Positions 7,985-16,909 of a DNA stretch of 32,000 bases are shown here, one piece after another. How positions within the stretch are numbered: the stretch's first letter is position 1; every line of letters begins with the position of its first letter. Below the pieces are notes generated by a model. That model was given only the letters and a program-made list of their open reading frames with translations. It was not told the DNA's origin and did not search any database. Position numbers and translations under genes: made by a program. The stretch comes from Demequinaceae bacterium (GTDB lineage Bacteria; Actinomycetota; Actinomycetes; Actinomycetales; Demequinaceae), in the NCBI GenBank assembly GCA_965250005.1, contig OZ252279.1, positions 990,001 to 1,022,000 of the forward strand, given 5' to 3'.

Positions 7985-8066
7985 TGGCGACATCACCTCC
8001 TTGGTTCTCAACGGAGAATAGACACACCTTCTAGTTCCCAGATAACCACAGCCGCCACTCACCGCG

Positions 8067-8798
8067 CTACCGTTCTGTCGCGGCGAGCGTCATCGCGGCC
8101 ACCACCGCGCCGCCCTCGCGCTCAAGCACCTCGACCACAGCAGCGATTGTTGCGCCGGTGGTGAGCACGTCGTCAACCACAACTATCGGGGTCCTCGGCA
8201 CTTGAGCTCCCACGATCACCGCGCCGCTTGCCTGCCTCCACCGTTCGCGAACACCGCCTCCACGGGCCTCTCCGTTGTGCATCGACAGCACTCGCGCGAC
8301 GGAGGCTTCGATTCCGCGAGCTGCAAACCCGCGAGCCGCGCCATCTGCGAGCAACGCAGGCAGGTCTTCGCCCCTGCGGCGGATATTGCGAGGTCGCGAC
8401 GGTGCCGGTATGACGGCAATGCCAGGACCGACAGGCGCAATAGCGGGCTCCAAGAAACTGGCACTCCGCTTCATCGCGTCTGCGAAGAAGGCGTCGAGGT
8501 CTCGGCGCGCGCCGTCCTTCCATGTCGTCAACATGCCGTGGGCGGCTCCCACGAGCGGCGCGATTGACCACACGGGAAGCGGGCCTCGGCCCAGCACGTC
8601 CAATCGGCCGGCGCCCTCTTCGCTACGCCAGGGATCGGACCACCAGACGGCGGCGCACTCCCCGCACCAGCGAACATCCTCCAGACCGCAACCCGCGCAC
8701 TGGACCGGAACTAGCGCACGCGCGGCAGCTACCGCTCTTTGGGTGAAAGGCGGGAGCTCTCCAAGTCTGCGGGCCATGTGCCGACTCTGCTCCTGCAC
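8067..8798 (-). CDS. comF: ComF-family protein (phosphoribosyltransferase fold)
   Basis: It has an N-terminal Cys cluster (CAGCG...CGEC) and a C-terminal PRT motif (IVVVDDVLTTGATI). The comF-hpf-secA order is conserved. The start is uncertain: GTG 8798 or ATG 8777. Confidence 0.85.
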   Translation of the reverse strand: MQEQSRHMARRLGELPPFTQRAVAAARALVPVQCAGCGLEDVRWCGECAAVWWSDPWRSEEGAGRLDVLGRGPLPVWSIAPLVGAAHGMLTTWKDGARRDLDAFFADAMKRSASFLEPAIAPVGPGIAVIPAPSRPRNIRRRGEDLPALLADGAARGFAARGIEASVARVLSMHNGEARGGGVRERWRQASGAVIVGAQVPRTPIVVVDDVLTTGATIAAVVEVLEREGGAVVAAMTLAATER

Positions 8799-8866
8799 AC
8801 CCGACGGCGCGAGTGGCGCGGCGCTCGGAATAGGTCTTGGCCGCCGCCCACCGCCTCGGGACCTCT

Positions 8867-10627
8867 CTAGCCCGCGTACGCGATTCCAGCGAAAACTGCC
8901 GTGAGCACGGACTCGTCACCGCTCGCGCCCGCCCATGCGGAACTTGACCGCTTGAACAGCGCACCCGAGCGCGTAATGAGGATTAGCGACCGGTCGCCGT
9001 TTCCACCCGCTACCCCAATCGCATCGGGGACGGTGAGCGAGGTTTCGGTCCGGCCTCCAACTGTCACGATAAAGAGCCGCGGAGTGTCACCCTCGGCCAC
9101 GTCTTCAAGTACCGCAACCCTCAGCGGGTCCACCCAGGTGATCGCGGCGGCCGGCGCCAGGTTGGCGCCCGCGACCAGCGGGGAGCCGATCGACAGCGGG
9201 GCACCGTCTGTGTCGCGGATGACTGCCGCGATATCGAGCGCCTCCGCCCCTGATACGTGCGAAAGGACGGCGATCCGCGCCCCGTCGCGGGAGATTCTGA
9301 CCTGCCTCATGTCTCGTCCGACGAGCCACGGCACTGCAACCTCGACCACCTCGCCGGCAGGACTGATCGCCAGGAGTAGTCCCTCACTTGCTATCTCGCC
9401 GGTCCACAGCCATCCGTGCCGGTCAAAGCTCGGCGGCGCCAGCGCCTCCCCCTCCGCGAGGACCGTAGTCGACTCGTCACTCGGAGGGTCGTTTTCGGCA
9501 GGTACGTCGGCGACCAAGACGGTCGCGTTGGTGATGGCGTGCGACACGTGAAGTTCACCTCCAGCGAGGAAGGCCGCTCGAGCGCCGTCGTACGAAATCG
9601 CCGGCGCCATCGCACCCAACGGAAGAATGCCCAACGTGTCGCCGACAACGCGGATATCGCTTCCGTCCCAAGTCCCCAAGCGCCCGTTCACCAAGACCAC
9701 CGAAGTTGCGTCGGGCACCGGCGCAGGCTCAAAACGCAAACTCCCGTCTCCCTGAATGGGAAACTCACCGATCTCGACGTTCACGGATACGACGTCTGGC
9801 AATGGCGTGAGCGTGGCCTCGAATTGTGCGAAGGCAAGCGATTCCTCGCTCAACGTTCCGCCTGCGCCTTCGCGCAGACCAACCTGCGCGACGCCGTCCA
9901 CCACGGGCACCGACTCGATCGCCAGTTCAACCGTGGCCGGGATCCCTGTCCGAATTGCGTCGACGAGCCAGCCGGACGGCCCGGTGATGAGAGCCTGGGC
10001 CGCATGCGTCTCAATGCTGCGATCCGGCAACCAGCGCAACTCCGGCACTTCCACCTCGCCATCGAGAGATGCGAACGCAATGGGCACGCCTCTGAATAGC
10101 GCGCTGAAGTTGGCTTCGCTCAGCACGATCCCGTCTGGCATTTCGGAGATTCGCCACTCGTCAAGCGGGCCTCGCGCCAGCACGAACGCGATGGGCTCGC
10201 GGCTGCCGGTCTCGACCTCAACCATCCGACCTACGTCGTCTAGATAGGCTGCCACTGGAATCGTGTATTTGAACGTTGATGTGGCCGGGTCCCAGTCTGC
10301 GTCGACGTCGCCGGGCCCAAAAATGACGACCCGCGCCGACGGGTCCCAGGCGGCGGCGGCTCGCCTCGTGAGGAACTGCTTGGCGACGCCAACATTCCCG
10401 GCGACCCCCGCCGCCGAGGCAGAGATGAACCCCGCGACGAGCTCCTGAGGGCTCGCATCGGCCGCTGGGCCGAGCGGATTGATCGGGAAGGCTGGCTCGT
10501 TAGGGGCCGCGGCGCCTCCGCCTGTTTGGACCGTGCTTGCGGTTGGGATCGAAGCGCACGCGCTGAGCGCAGTAAGCCCCGCAACCGCGAGCACAACTGC
10601 CCGAGCCACGCCGCGCCGCCTATTCAT
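8867..10627 (-). CDS. lpqB: lipoprotein LpqB, partner of MtrAB
   Basis: 586 aa with a signal peptide and lipobox (LTALSAC). Its start overlaps the mtrB stop (ATGAATAG at 10620-10627). The mtrA-mtrB-lpqB order is canonical. Confidence 0.92.
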   Translation of the reverse strand: MNRRRGVARAVVLAVAGLTALSACASIPTASTVQTGGGAAAPNEPAFPINPLGPAADASPQELVAGFISASAAGVAGNVGVAKQFLTRRAAAAWDPSARVVIFGPGDVDADWDPATSTFKYTIPVAAYLDDVGRMVEVETGSREPIAFVLARGPLDEWRISEMPDGIVLSEANFSALFRGVPIAFASLDGEVEVPELRWLPDRSIETHAAQALITGPSGWLVDAIRTGIPATVELAIESVPVVDGVAQVGLREGAGGTLSEESLAFAQFEATLTPLPDVVSVNVEIGEFPIQGDGSLRFEPAPVPDATSVVLVNGRLGTWDGSDIRVVGDTLGILPLGAMAPAISYDGARAAFLAGGELHVSHAITNATVLVADVPAENDPPSDESTTVLAEGEALAPPSFDRHGWLWTGEIASEGLLLAISPAGEVVEVAVPWLVGRDMRQVRISRDGARIAVLSHVSGAEALDIAAVIRDTDGAPLSIGSPLVAGANLAPAAAITWVDPLRVAVLEDVAEGDTPRLFIVTVGGRTETSLTVPDAIGVAGGNGDRSLILITRSGALFKRSSSAWAGASGDESVLTAVFAGIAYAG

Positions 10628-12266
10628 GGCCGGCCGATTCGATGTGCATGACGTTTACAGGCTCGCCTTCCTTGGGGAACTGCTCCTTGCGCAGCACGAG
10701 CGGAACCACTGGCCGTTGTCCGAGCCCCTCCGAGGTGCGCGGAAGGGTCAGCCTGAAGGACGCCCCATTGCGGGGCGAGCCCCACGCCTCAAGTCGCCCG
10801 CCGTGCAACTGCGCATCTTCGCGCGCGATCGACAGTCCTAGTCCTGTACCGCCCATAGATCGCGTTCGTGCGGCATCAGCGCGCCAGAACCGGTCGAAGA
10901 CCCGCTCGACTTGTTGGGGGGTCATTCCCTGGCCGTAATCGCGCACCACGACGGCGACACCTCGACGATTGGAACCCACCAGGATGTCGACGGGCTTACC
11001 ATCCGCGTATTCGATAGCGTTCGACACCAAGTTGCGTACGATGCGGCTGACCCGGGGACGGTCCATGGACGCAATGTGCGGTCCGTCTGAGGCCCACACC
11101 CGCAACGGAACGCCGAGCTCCTCGGCGACCGGCGCCAGCCCCGAGGTCTCGTCTCGGACAGCCGCGAGCAGGTCAGTGTCTTCGAACTCGAGTTGCGCGG
11201 CGCCCGCGTCGATGCGGCTGATCTCGAGCAGATCCGCGAGCAGCGCCTCGAACCGGTCGAGCTGGGCGTTGAGCAGTTCGGCGGACCGGGCGGCCTCGGG
11301 ACTGAAGTCCGCGCGGGCCTCGTGTAGCACGTCCGAGGCCATCCGGACGGTAGTGAGCGGCGTGCGAAGCTCATGCGACACGTCGGACACGAACCGGCGC
11401 TGCAGCCGTGACAAGTCCTCCATGCGCGTGATCTGCCGCTGAAGGCTCTCCGCCATTTCGTTGAAAGTGGTGGCCAGCGTCGCCATCTCGTCTCGGCCGC
11501 GCACCACCATCCGCTCTCCGAGCAATCCCTCGGCGAGGCGGGCGGCGACCCTGGCCGCGTGACGGACCGGACGTACGGCCTGCAGCGTGACCGTCCAAGT
11601 CATAAAGACGACCAGGCCGACAAGAACGAAGCCCCCCAGCGTCAAGACGTTCTGAATCAAGCTAAGCGTCGACTTCTCGTCGACGAGGCTGTAGACAAAA
11701 TAGAGTTCGTATTTTCCTGCCTCGGGTATGAACAGCGGCGCCCCGACCACCACGCCCGGGGTGGCATCGGTGCCGAGTCCCACGTGCTGCCAGGACTGAG
11801 CGTGATCCTCCTGGACTGCGGCGCGAATCTGAGAGGTGAGCGCGGCCGCAAGTCCCGCACTGGACTCGGCATCCGTGATGGGGACACCCGACGTATTCTG
11901 CGGGTTCTTGAGAACTAGCACGCCCCGGTTGTCACCTCCGACGTTTCGCAAATAGATAATCAGGTCGTTGATCAGCACCTGCTGATCGGCGGGTGTGAGG
12001 TTGGGCGCGCTATCCATTCGCTCCTGAGCGGTCACAGCGTCCTGAGCGCTCTCGCCCAAGAGTCGCTCAAGGCTGGTCTCGACCAGTCCGTCTCGGATTT
12101 GCGACGTGACGTATGCGCCCAGCATCGCGACGGAGCCCAAGCCGACGATAATCGTGGACGCCACGACTCGCAGCAACATGGACCGACGCCAGCGCCCGAC
12201 CGCGGTACGCAAGGGGTACAGCAGGGCCGCGAGGATCATGCGGGGGGTGAGCCTCACCGCACTCAT
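10620..12266 (-). CDS. mtrB: sensor histidine kinase MtrB
   Basis: It has two TM segments and a HAMP domain. Motifs seen: H-box SHELRTPLTT, N box NLVSNAIEY, and G boxes DYGQGM and GGTGLGLSIA. I chose ATG 12266. The track ORF extends to TTG 12302, which lies inside mtrA. Confidence 0.93.
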   Translation of the reverse strand: MSAVRLTPRMILAALLYPLRTAVGRWRRSMLLRVVASTIIVGLGSVAMLGAYVTSQIRDGLVETSLERLLGESAQDAVTAQERMDSAPNLTPADQQVLINDLIIYLRNVGGDNRGVLVLKNPQNTSGVPITDAESSAGLAAALTSQIRAAVQEDHAQSWQHVGLGTDATPGVVVGAPLFIPEAGKYELYFVYSLVDEKSTLSLIQNVLTLGGFVLVGLVVFMTWTVTLQAVRPVRHAARVAARLAEGLLGERMVVRGRDEMATLATTFNEMAESLQRQITRMEDLSRLQRRFVSDVSHELRTPLTTVRMASDVLHEARADFSPEAARSAELLNAQLDRFEALLADLLEISRIDAGAAQLEFEDTDLLAAVRDETSGLAPVAEELGVPLRVWASDGPHIASMDRPRVSRIVRNLVSNAIEYADGKPVDILVGSNRRGVAVVVRDYGQGMTPQQVERVFDRFWRADAARTRSMGGTGLGLSIAREDAQLHGGRLEAWGSPRNGASFRLTLPRTSEGLGQRPVVPLVLRKEQFPKEGEPVNVMHIESAGHE

Positions 12267-12276
12267 CGGCTCACGG

Positions 12277-12963
12277 CTACGCGCCGCCGGCTTTGTATCC
12301 AACGCCGCGAACGGTCACGACAATCTCTGGGTTTTCGGGGTCCCGCTCCACCTTGCTGCGCAGGCGCTGAATGTGGACGTTGACCAGCCGCGTGTCGGCT
12401 GCGTGACGGTATCCCCATACATCCTCGAGCAGCACCTCGCGTGTAAACACCTGCCCGGGAGCACGGGCAAGGGTAACCAGGACGTCGAACTCAAGTGGCG
12501 TGAGCGGAATGATCTCGCCATTGCGCAGCACGCGGTGGCCGGTGACGTCGATTTCGATGTCTGCGACGCGCACCGTTGCCGGTGTGGCGTCGCGACTTCG
12601 GCGGAGGCGAGCGCGGACGCGCGCGATGAGTTCGCGGGGCTTAAAAGGCTTGGGGACGTAGTCATCGGCGCCGGACTCCAGGCCAAGGACCACGTCCACC
12701 GTGTCGCTTTTCGCCGTGAGCATGATGATGGGCACGCCGCTCTCCTGGCGAATTTCGCGACAAATGTCGATGCCGCTCTTTCCCGGCAGCATGAGGTCGA
12801 GGAGGATCACATCTGGCTGCTCGGACCGGAACAGATCAACGGCGTCGTCACCGTTCGAGCAGAAGATAGGCTCGAAGCCGTCGGACCGCAATACGATGCC
12901 TATCATCTCGGCAAGCGCAATATCGTCGTCTACTACCAGTACGCGTCCACTCATGCGCCCCAT
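12277..12963 (-). CDS. mtrA: OmpR-family response regulator MtrA
   Basis: 228 aa from ATG 12963, with GGAAGGA 9 nt upstream. Sequence runs RVLVVDDD...DLMLPG...TAKSDTVDVVLGLESGADDY..PKPFKPRELIARVRARLRR...TRLVNVHIQRLRSKVE..VRGVGYKAG. From memory it is near-colinear with M. tuberculosis MtrA. The 343-aa track ORF is a 5' over-extension. Confidence 0.95.
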   Translation of the reverse strand: MGRMSGRVLVVDDDIALAEMIGIVLRSDGFEPIFCSNGDDAVDLFRSEQPDVILLDLMLPGKSGIDICREIRQESGVPIIMLTAKSDTVDVVLGLESGADDYVPKPFKPRELIARVRARLRRSRDATPATVRVADIEIDVTGHRVLRNGEIIPLTPLEFDVLVTLARAPGQVFTREVLLEDVWGYRHAADTRLVNVHIQRLRSKVERDPENPEIVVTVRGVGYKAGGA

Positions 12964-13015
12964 TATGACGGGTCCTTCCGTGGCAGGATGGGAAAACGCG
13001 TCGAGGAGGAATTGA

Positions 13016-14086
13016 ATGACTACAAATGACACGAATGACAATTCGTGGGCTGCGCCGTCTGGTGTACCCGGCGGCGACAATCCTTGGGGTGCCAATGGCG
13101 CGCCGGGCACGCCCGCGCCCCCGCTAGCAAAGCCGCAGCCCACGGCCGCGGCGGCAGGCTCGAATCCGTGGAAGCCAGGAATCATTATGCTGCGACCACT
13201 ATCGTTCGGAGAGACTCTCGAAGGCGCGTTCAAAGCGCTGCGGCATAACCCGAAGGCAATCATCCTGGTGCCTGCGGGAGTGTTCCTGGTTTCGCAGATT
13301 ATTGTCACGGCGCTCGCGTGGGGCTTCTATTCGCACCCACTGTTCACCGATCCCTACTACGCGCCAAACGGCTTTGAGGAGTTCTTCGAGCCTAGTCTCT
13401 GGACTGGTCTGGTCCTCGCGGCGCTCCTCAATTGGGTCGTGACTCTCCTGGTCCAAGCCGGCGTGACAATTTCTGCGTCTCGCTCGGCGCTCGGCCAGAG
13501 AATCTCGGTGGCCGATGTAGTACGCATGGCCATGAGACGGCTGCCCAGCGTCGTGATGTTGTCGTTCCTCACCGCACTCGCCTGGACCGTCGCCATCTTC
13601 CTGTATGTGCTCGCAATCATCGGGCCCGGAGGCGGCGACAGTGCGCTCGGGGTCGGCGTTCTGGGCATCCTCGGACTTGGGGTCTTGGGAGTTTGGATTG
13701 GCGTGAAGCTAACCATCGCGCTTCCCGCAATCGTGCTCGAGCAGGTCTCAGCGTTCAAGGGGATAGCCCGGTCGTGGAGGCTCACCAAGGGCCGCTTCTG
13801 GCCCATCTTTGGGTTGCTTATTGTCTCTGGTCTAATCGTATGGTTCGTGTCCGTGGCAATCTCGATCCCCCTTTCGCTGTTCAGTTCTTTCTCAAGCCTC
13901 TCCGACCCAGCCAGCGCGGCAATGTGGGCCAACGTCAGTCAGGGACTTTCCACCTACCTGACGTCGCTGATCTCGGTGCCCTTCCTCGGAGCGCTCTACG
14001 TGATCATCTACACGGATCAGCGCATGCGCCAGGAGGGCTTCGACCTGGATCTTCAGCAAACAGTCCAGGAGCGCCAGGGCCTGTAA
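13016..14086 (+). CDS. polytopic membrane protein with a Pro/Gly-rich N-terminus (GP-PDE membrane-domain-like)
   Basis: ATG 13016 is preceded by GAGGAGGA. The N-terminus has NPWG/NPWK repeats, then the motif IIMLRPLSFGETLEGAFKALR and about 6 TM helices. It is the first gene of the MoxR module. Confidence 0.7.
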   Translation: MTTNDTNDNSWAAPSGVPGGDNPWGANGAPGTPAPPLAKPQPTAAAAGSNPWKPGIIMLRPLSFGETLEGAFKALRHNPKAIILVPAGVFLVSQIIVTALAWGFYSHPLFTDPYYAPNGFEEFFEPSLWTGLVLAALLNWVVTLLVQAGVTISASRSALGQRISVADVVRMAMRRLPSVVMLSFLTALAWTVAIFLYVLAIIGPGGGDSALGVGVLGILGLGVLGVWIGVKLTIALPAIVLEQVSAFKGIARSWRLTKGRFWPIFGLLIVSGLIVWFVSVAISIPLSLFSSFSSLSDPASAAMWANVSQGLSTYLTSLISVPFLGALYVIIYTDQRMRQEGFDLDLQQTVQERQGL

Positions 14087-14087
14087 G

Positions 14088-14717
14088 GTGCGTACCGATC
14101 AGCCACCCGTCACTCCCGACGCCGAGACCGCCCAAGAGTGGGCTCTGCGTGAGCTTGAGGACCCCATCTACGACCCGACGTCCACCCAGGGCGACCGCTT
14201 CGTGCAATGGATCCAGGACGCGCTGGAACGGCTCTTTAGCATCCCGACCGGTTCCTTGCCGATTCCGCTGATCGTGGGCGGAGTGCTGCTACTGGTCGCC
14301 GTGAGCGCGCTCGCGTGGTTTATCGTGGGCCCCGCCCGCCGTGCCCGCATCCGCGGAGAAAAAGTCGCGGTGGTCGACGACGACCCACGGACGGCCGCAG
14401 AAATGCGCGATGCTGCGGAAGCTGCCGCACGAGGCGGCGAGTGGAATCTTGCCGTGCTTGAGCGCTACCGCGGCATTGTGCGCGGCTTCGAGGAGCGTCG
14501 CGTCATCGACGACCGGCCTGGAAGGACCGCGTACGAGGCGGCGCGCGATGCGGGCAAAGCGCTGCCATCTCACTCGAAACCCTTGCGCAATGCGAGTCAC
14601 GCGTTCGACGCCGTCTGCTACGGCCACCGTGACAGCTCGGAGGCCGAGTACCTGCGCATCTCGGACGTGGACCAAGCGACCAAGAATGCGCGCACCAGTG
14701 TCGCGGCGTACTCGTGA
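14088..14717 (+). CDS. DUF4129-like membrane-anchored protein
   Basis: GTG 14088 lies 1 nt after the upstream TAA. It has one central TM (IPLIVGGVLLLVAVSALAWFIV). The C-terminal helical region (WNLAVLERYRGIVRGFEERRVIDDRPGRTAYEAA...FDAVCYG) is typical of DUF4129. Confidence 0.7.
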   Translation: MRTDQPPVTPDAETAQEWALRELEDPIYDPTSTQGDRFVQWIQDALERLFSIPTGSLPIPLIVGGVLLLVAVSALAWFIVGPARRARIRGEKVAVVDDDPRTAAEMRDAAEAAARGGEWNLAVLERYRGIVRGFEERRVIDDRPGRTAYEAARDAGKALPSHSKPLRNASHAFDAVCYGHRDSSEAEYLRISDVDQATKNARTSVAAYS

Positions 14718-15934
14718 GCCACACCGTAATCGCGCCCGCGGGGTTCGTCCTGGGCGACGGCACAACCGCAGCGAGCGTTGCCCGTGAGCGGTGGGTGCGA
14801 TTTCGGTGGCTAGGCGGCGCAGTTCTCCTCGCGGCGCTAACTGTGGTCATCGCGATACTGGTCCCGCCCCGCAGCGACGTCGAACCTAATTCCATCCACA
14901 ACCCGCAGCCGGACGGAGCGCGGGCTCTCGCTCAAGTACTTCAGGACCACGGCGTCACCGTCGTGCAGACGCGCACTCTCGAAGAAACCGCGATCGCACT
15001 CGGCGCCGGCGACACGCTCGTGATCGCGGCTGAGCGCTACTACCTCGATGCCGAACAGTCTGCGTCCATTGCGCGCCACCCTGGCACCATCATGTGGCTA
15101 GGACCCGACTCCGAGCACCTGTACCAGGTGGACAGTGCCTTGACGAGGGGCGCGGGCGGAGGCAACACCTCGCGCCGGCCGCAGTGCCAGGCGCCAGCGG
15201 CGGTCCAGGCTACAACCACCAGCAGCGCGCGGCTAAGGGACATCGAACTGCTCGAACCGCGGTCGGACGTCACGGTGTGCTTCCCTGGCGGCACCATCGA
15301 CTCGGGCGCGTACGTCGTGGTCGAGCGCGGAGAGCATGACATCCACCTGATCTCCGATGCCTCAATCGTCACTAACGCCCGCATCGCGGAACTCGGCAAT
15401 GCCGCTCTCGCGATCAACGCCGCCGGCCAGTCGCCTCGCGTGGTCTGGTACATCGGCTCGTTGCTGGACGACTCAATCCTGTCCAAGCCCGACGATCGTC
15501 GCGCGTCCGACTACATTGCTCCGGTCGCGCCAGAGTGGGTCAGCGCAGCGGGCGTCATGATGCTCCTTGTCGCGGTGATCGCCGTCCTGTGGCGCGGTCG
15601 CCGAATGGGCAAGCTCGTGTCCGAGCCGCTGCCGGTGATCGTCCGGGCGAGCGAGGCGACGAAGGGGCGTGCGCGCCTGTACCGGCGTGCGCAGTCCCGA
15701 GGCCACGCCTCGAGCGCGATGCGGGCGGGAGCGGCGAGCCGTATGGCGCGCCGGCTCGGCATGACGTCGACGGCGAGCCCCCAGGCGCTCGTCACAGCCA
15801 TTGCGGGCGCGACGGGCCGCGGCTCGGCGGATATCGAGGCAGTCCTCTACGGTCCGCCACCCGTCGACAACGCATCAATGATTCACTTGGTCGAGAAACT
15901 CGACACTATAGAGAAAGAGGTCAGCAGATCGTGA
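14714..15934 (+). CDS. DUF4350-like protein with N- and C-terminal TM segments
   Basis: Its start overlaps the upstream stop (GTGA at 14714-14717). It has an N-terminal TM, then a flavodoxin-like periplasmic region (PDGARALAQVLQDHGVTVVQ...DTLVIAA), a second TM (VMMLLVAVIAVLW) and a basic tail. Confidence 0.7.
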   Translation: MSHTVIAPAGFVLGDGTTAASVARERWVRFRWLGGAVLLAALTVVIAILVPPRSDVEPNSIHNPQPDGARALAQVLQDHGVTVVQTRTLEETAIALGAGDTLVIAAERYYLDAEQSASIARHPGTIMWLGPDSEHLYQVDSALTRGAGGGNTSRRPQCQAPAAVQATTTSSARLRDIELLEPRSDVTVCFPGGTIDSGAYVVVERGEHDIHLISDASIVTNARIAELGNAALAINAAGQSPRVVWYIGSLLDDSILSKPDDRRASDYIAPVAPEWVSAAGVMMLLVAVIAVLWRGRRMGKLVSEPLPVIVRASEATKGRARLYRRAQSRGHASSAMRAGAASRMARRLGMTSTASPQALVTAIAGATGRGSADIEAVLYGPPPVDNASMIHLVEKLDTIEKEVSRS

Positions 15935-16905
15935 CGGAGAATCCTCAGGCACAACCCTCACCGCTTCTCGCTACGCTCGCGAACATCCGTACCGAAGTAG
16001 GCAAGGCCGTCGTCGGCCAGGACGCCGCGGTGACCGGACTCATAATCGCGCTCCTGTGCCGCGGGCACGTGCTGCTCGAAGGCGTTCCCGGCGTCGCCAA
16101 GACGCTCCTGGTCCGCGCGCTCGCCGCGTCGCTCGCACTCGACACCAAGCGGGTTCAGTTCACTCCGGACCTCATGCCTGGCGACGTGACAGGCTCACTC
16201 GTCTACGACGCTCAAACGTCCAAGTTCTCGTTCCGCGAGGGCCCTGTGTTCACCAACCTCTTGCTCGCCGACGAGATCAACCGCACGCCTCCCAAGACGC
16301 AGTCCGCTCTGCTCGAGGCCATGGAGGAGCGCCAAGTGACGGTGGACGGTAAGCCGATGAAGCTACCGGAACCGTTCCTCGTGATCGCTACCCAGAACCC
16401 CGTCGAGTACGAGGGCACGTACCAACTGCCCGAGGCGCAACTCGATCGCTTCCTGATGAAGCTCGAACTGCCCATCCCCGATCGCGCCGTCGAGACTGAG
16501 GTTCTTGCGCGTCACGCCGCAGGCTTCAACCCGCGCGACCTTAAGGCCGCCGGGCTCAAGACCGTGGCCAAGCCGAAGGATCTCGCCGCCGCACGTGCCG
16601 AAGTCGCGAAGGTCGAGGTATCCCCGGAGGTCCAAGGCTACATCGTCGACGTATGCCGCGCGACGCGGTCGTCGCCGTCGACATCACTGGGCGTGTCCCC
16701 GCGCGGTGCTACTGCGCTCCAGCAGACTGCCCGGGCGTGGGCCTGGATGTCAGGGCGTGCTTTCGTCACTCCAGATGACGTCAAGGCGCTCGCGATGCCG
16801 ACGCTGCGCCACCGGATGCAATTGCGTGCGGAGGCCGAGCTCGAGGGTGTTACTACGGCGAGCGTCCTGGAGAACGTGCTCGCCACGGTTCCCGTCCCGC
16901 GCTAA
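15931..16905 (+). CDS. MoxR-family AAA+ ATPase
   Basis: Its start overlaps the upstream stop (GTGA at 15931-15934). 324 aa. Motifs seen: Walker [10 protein letters not shown], Walker [25 protein letters not shown], and [24 protein letters not shown]. The track ORF from 15535 is a 5' over-extension. Confidence 0.93.
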   Translation: MTENPQAQPSPLLATLANIRTEVGKAVVGQDAAVTGLIIALLCRGHVLLEGVPGVAKTLLVRALAASLALDTKRVQFTPDLMPGDVTGSLVYDAQTSKFSFREGPVFTNLLLADEINRTPPKTQSALLEAMEERQVTVDGKPMKLPEPFLVIATQNPVEYEGTYQLPEAQLDRFLMKLELPIPDRAVETEVLARHAAGFNPRDLKAAGLKTVAKPKDLAAARAEVAKVEVSPEVQGYIVDVCRATRSSPSTSLGVSPRGATALQQTARAWAWMSGRAFVTPDDVKALAMPTLRHRMQLRAEAELEGVTTASVLENVLATVPVPR

Positions 16906-16909
16906 CGCG

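Noticed and set aside
7814-8062. An 82-aa minus-strand ORF in the hpf leader could be a small protein or uORF. It includes the ATG abutting the SD mimic.
   Set aside because: It is out of frame with hpf and overlaps its start. The product is R/S/T/C-rich with no motif. The ATG has essentially no spacer after GGAGG. I kept only the nucleotide-level SD mimic as a finding.
12277-13308. Over-long track ORFs suggest N-terminal extensions: MtrA 343 aa, MoxR from 15535, DUF58 from 16505, DUF3499 from 23943..24662, CDF to 22559, HTH from 1310, WhiB to 29642.
   Set aside because: The extensions overlap neighbouring genes and are low-complexity. In each case an internal start with an SD or a 4-nt start/stop overlap gives a product of the normal family length and N-terminus.
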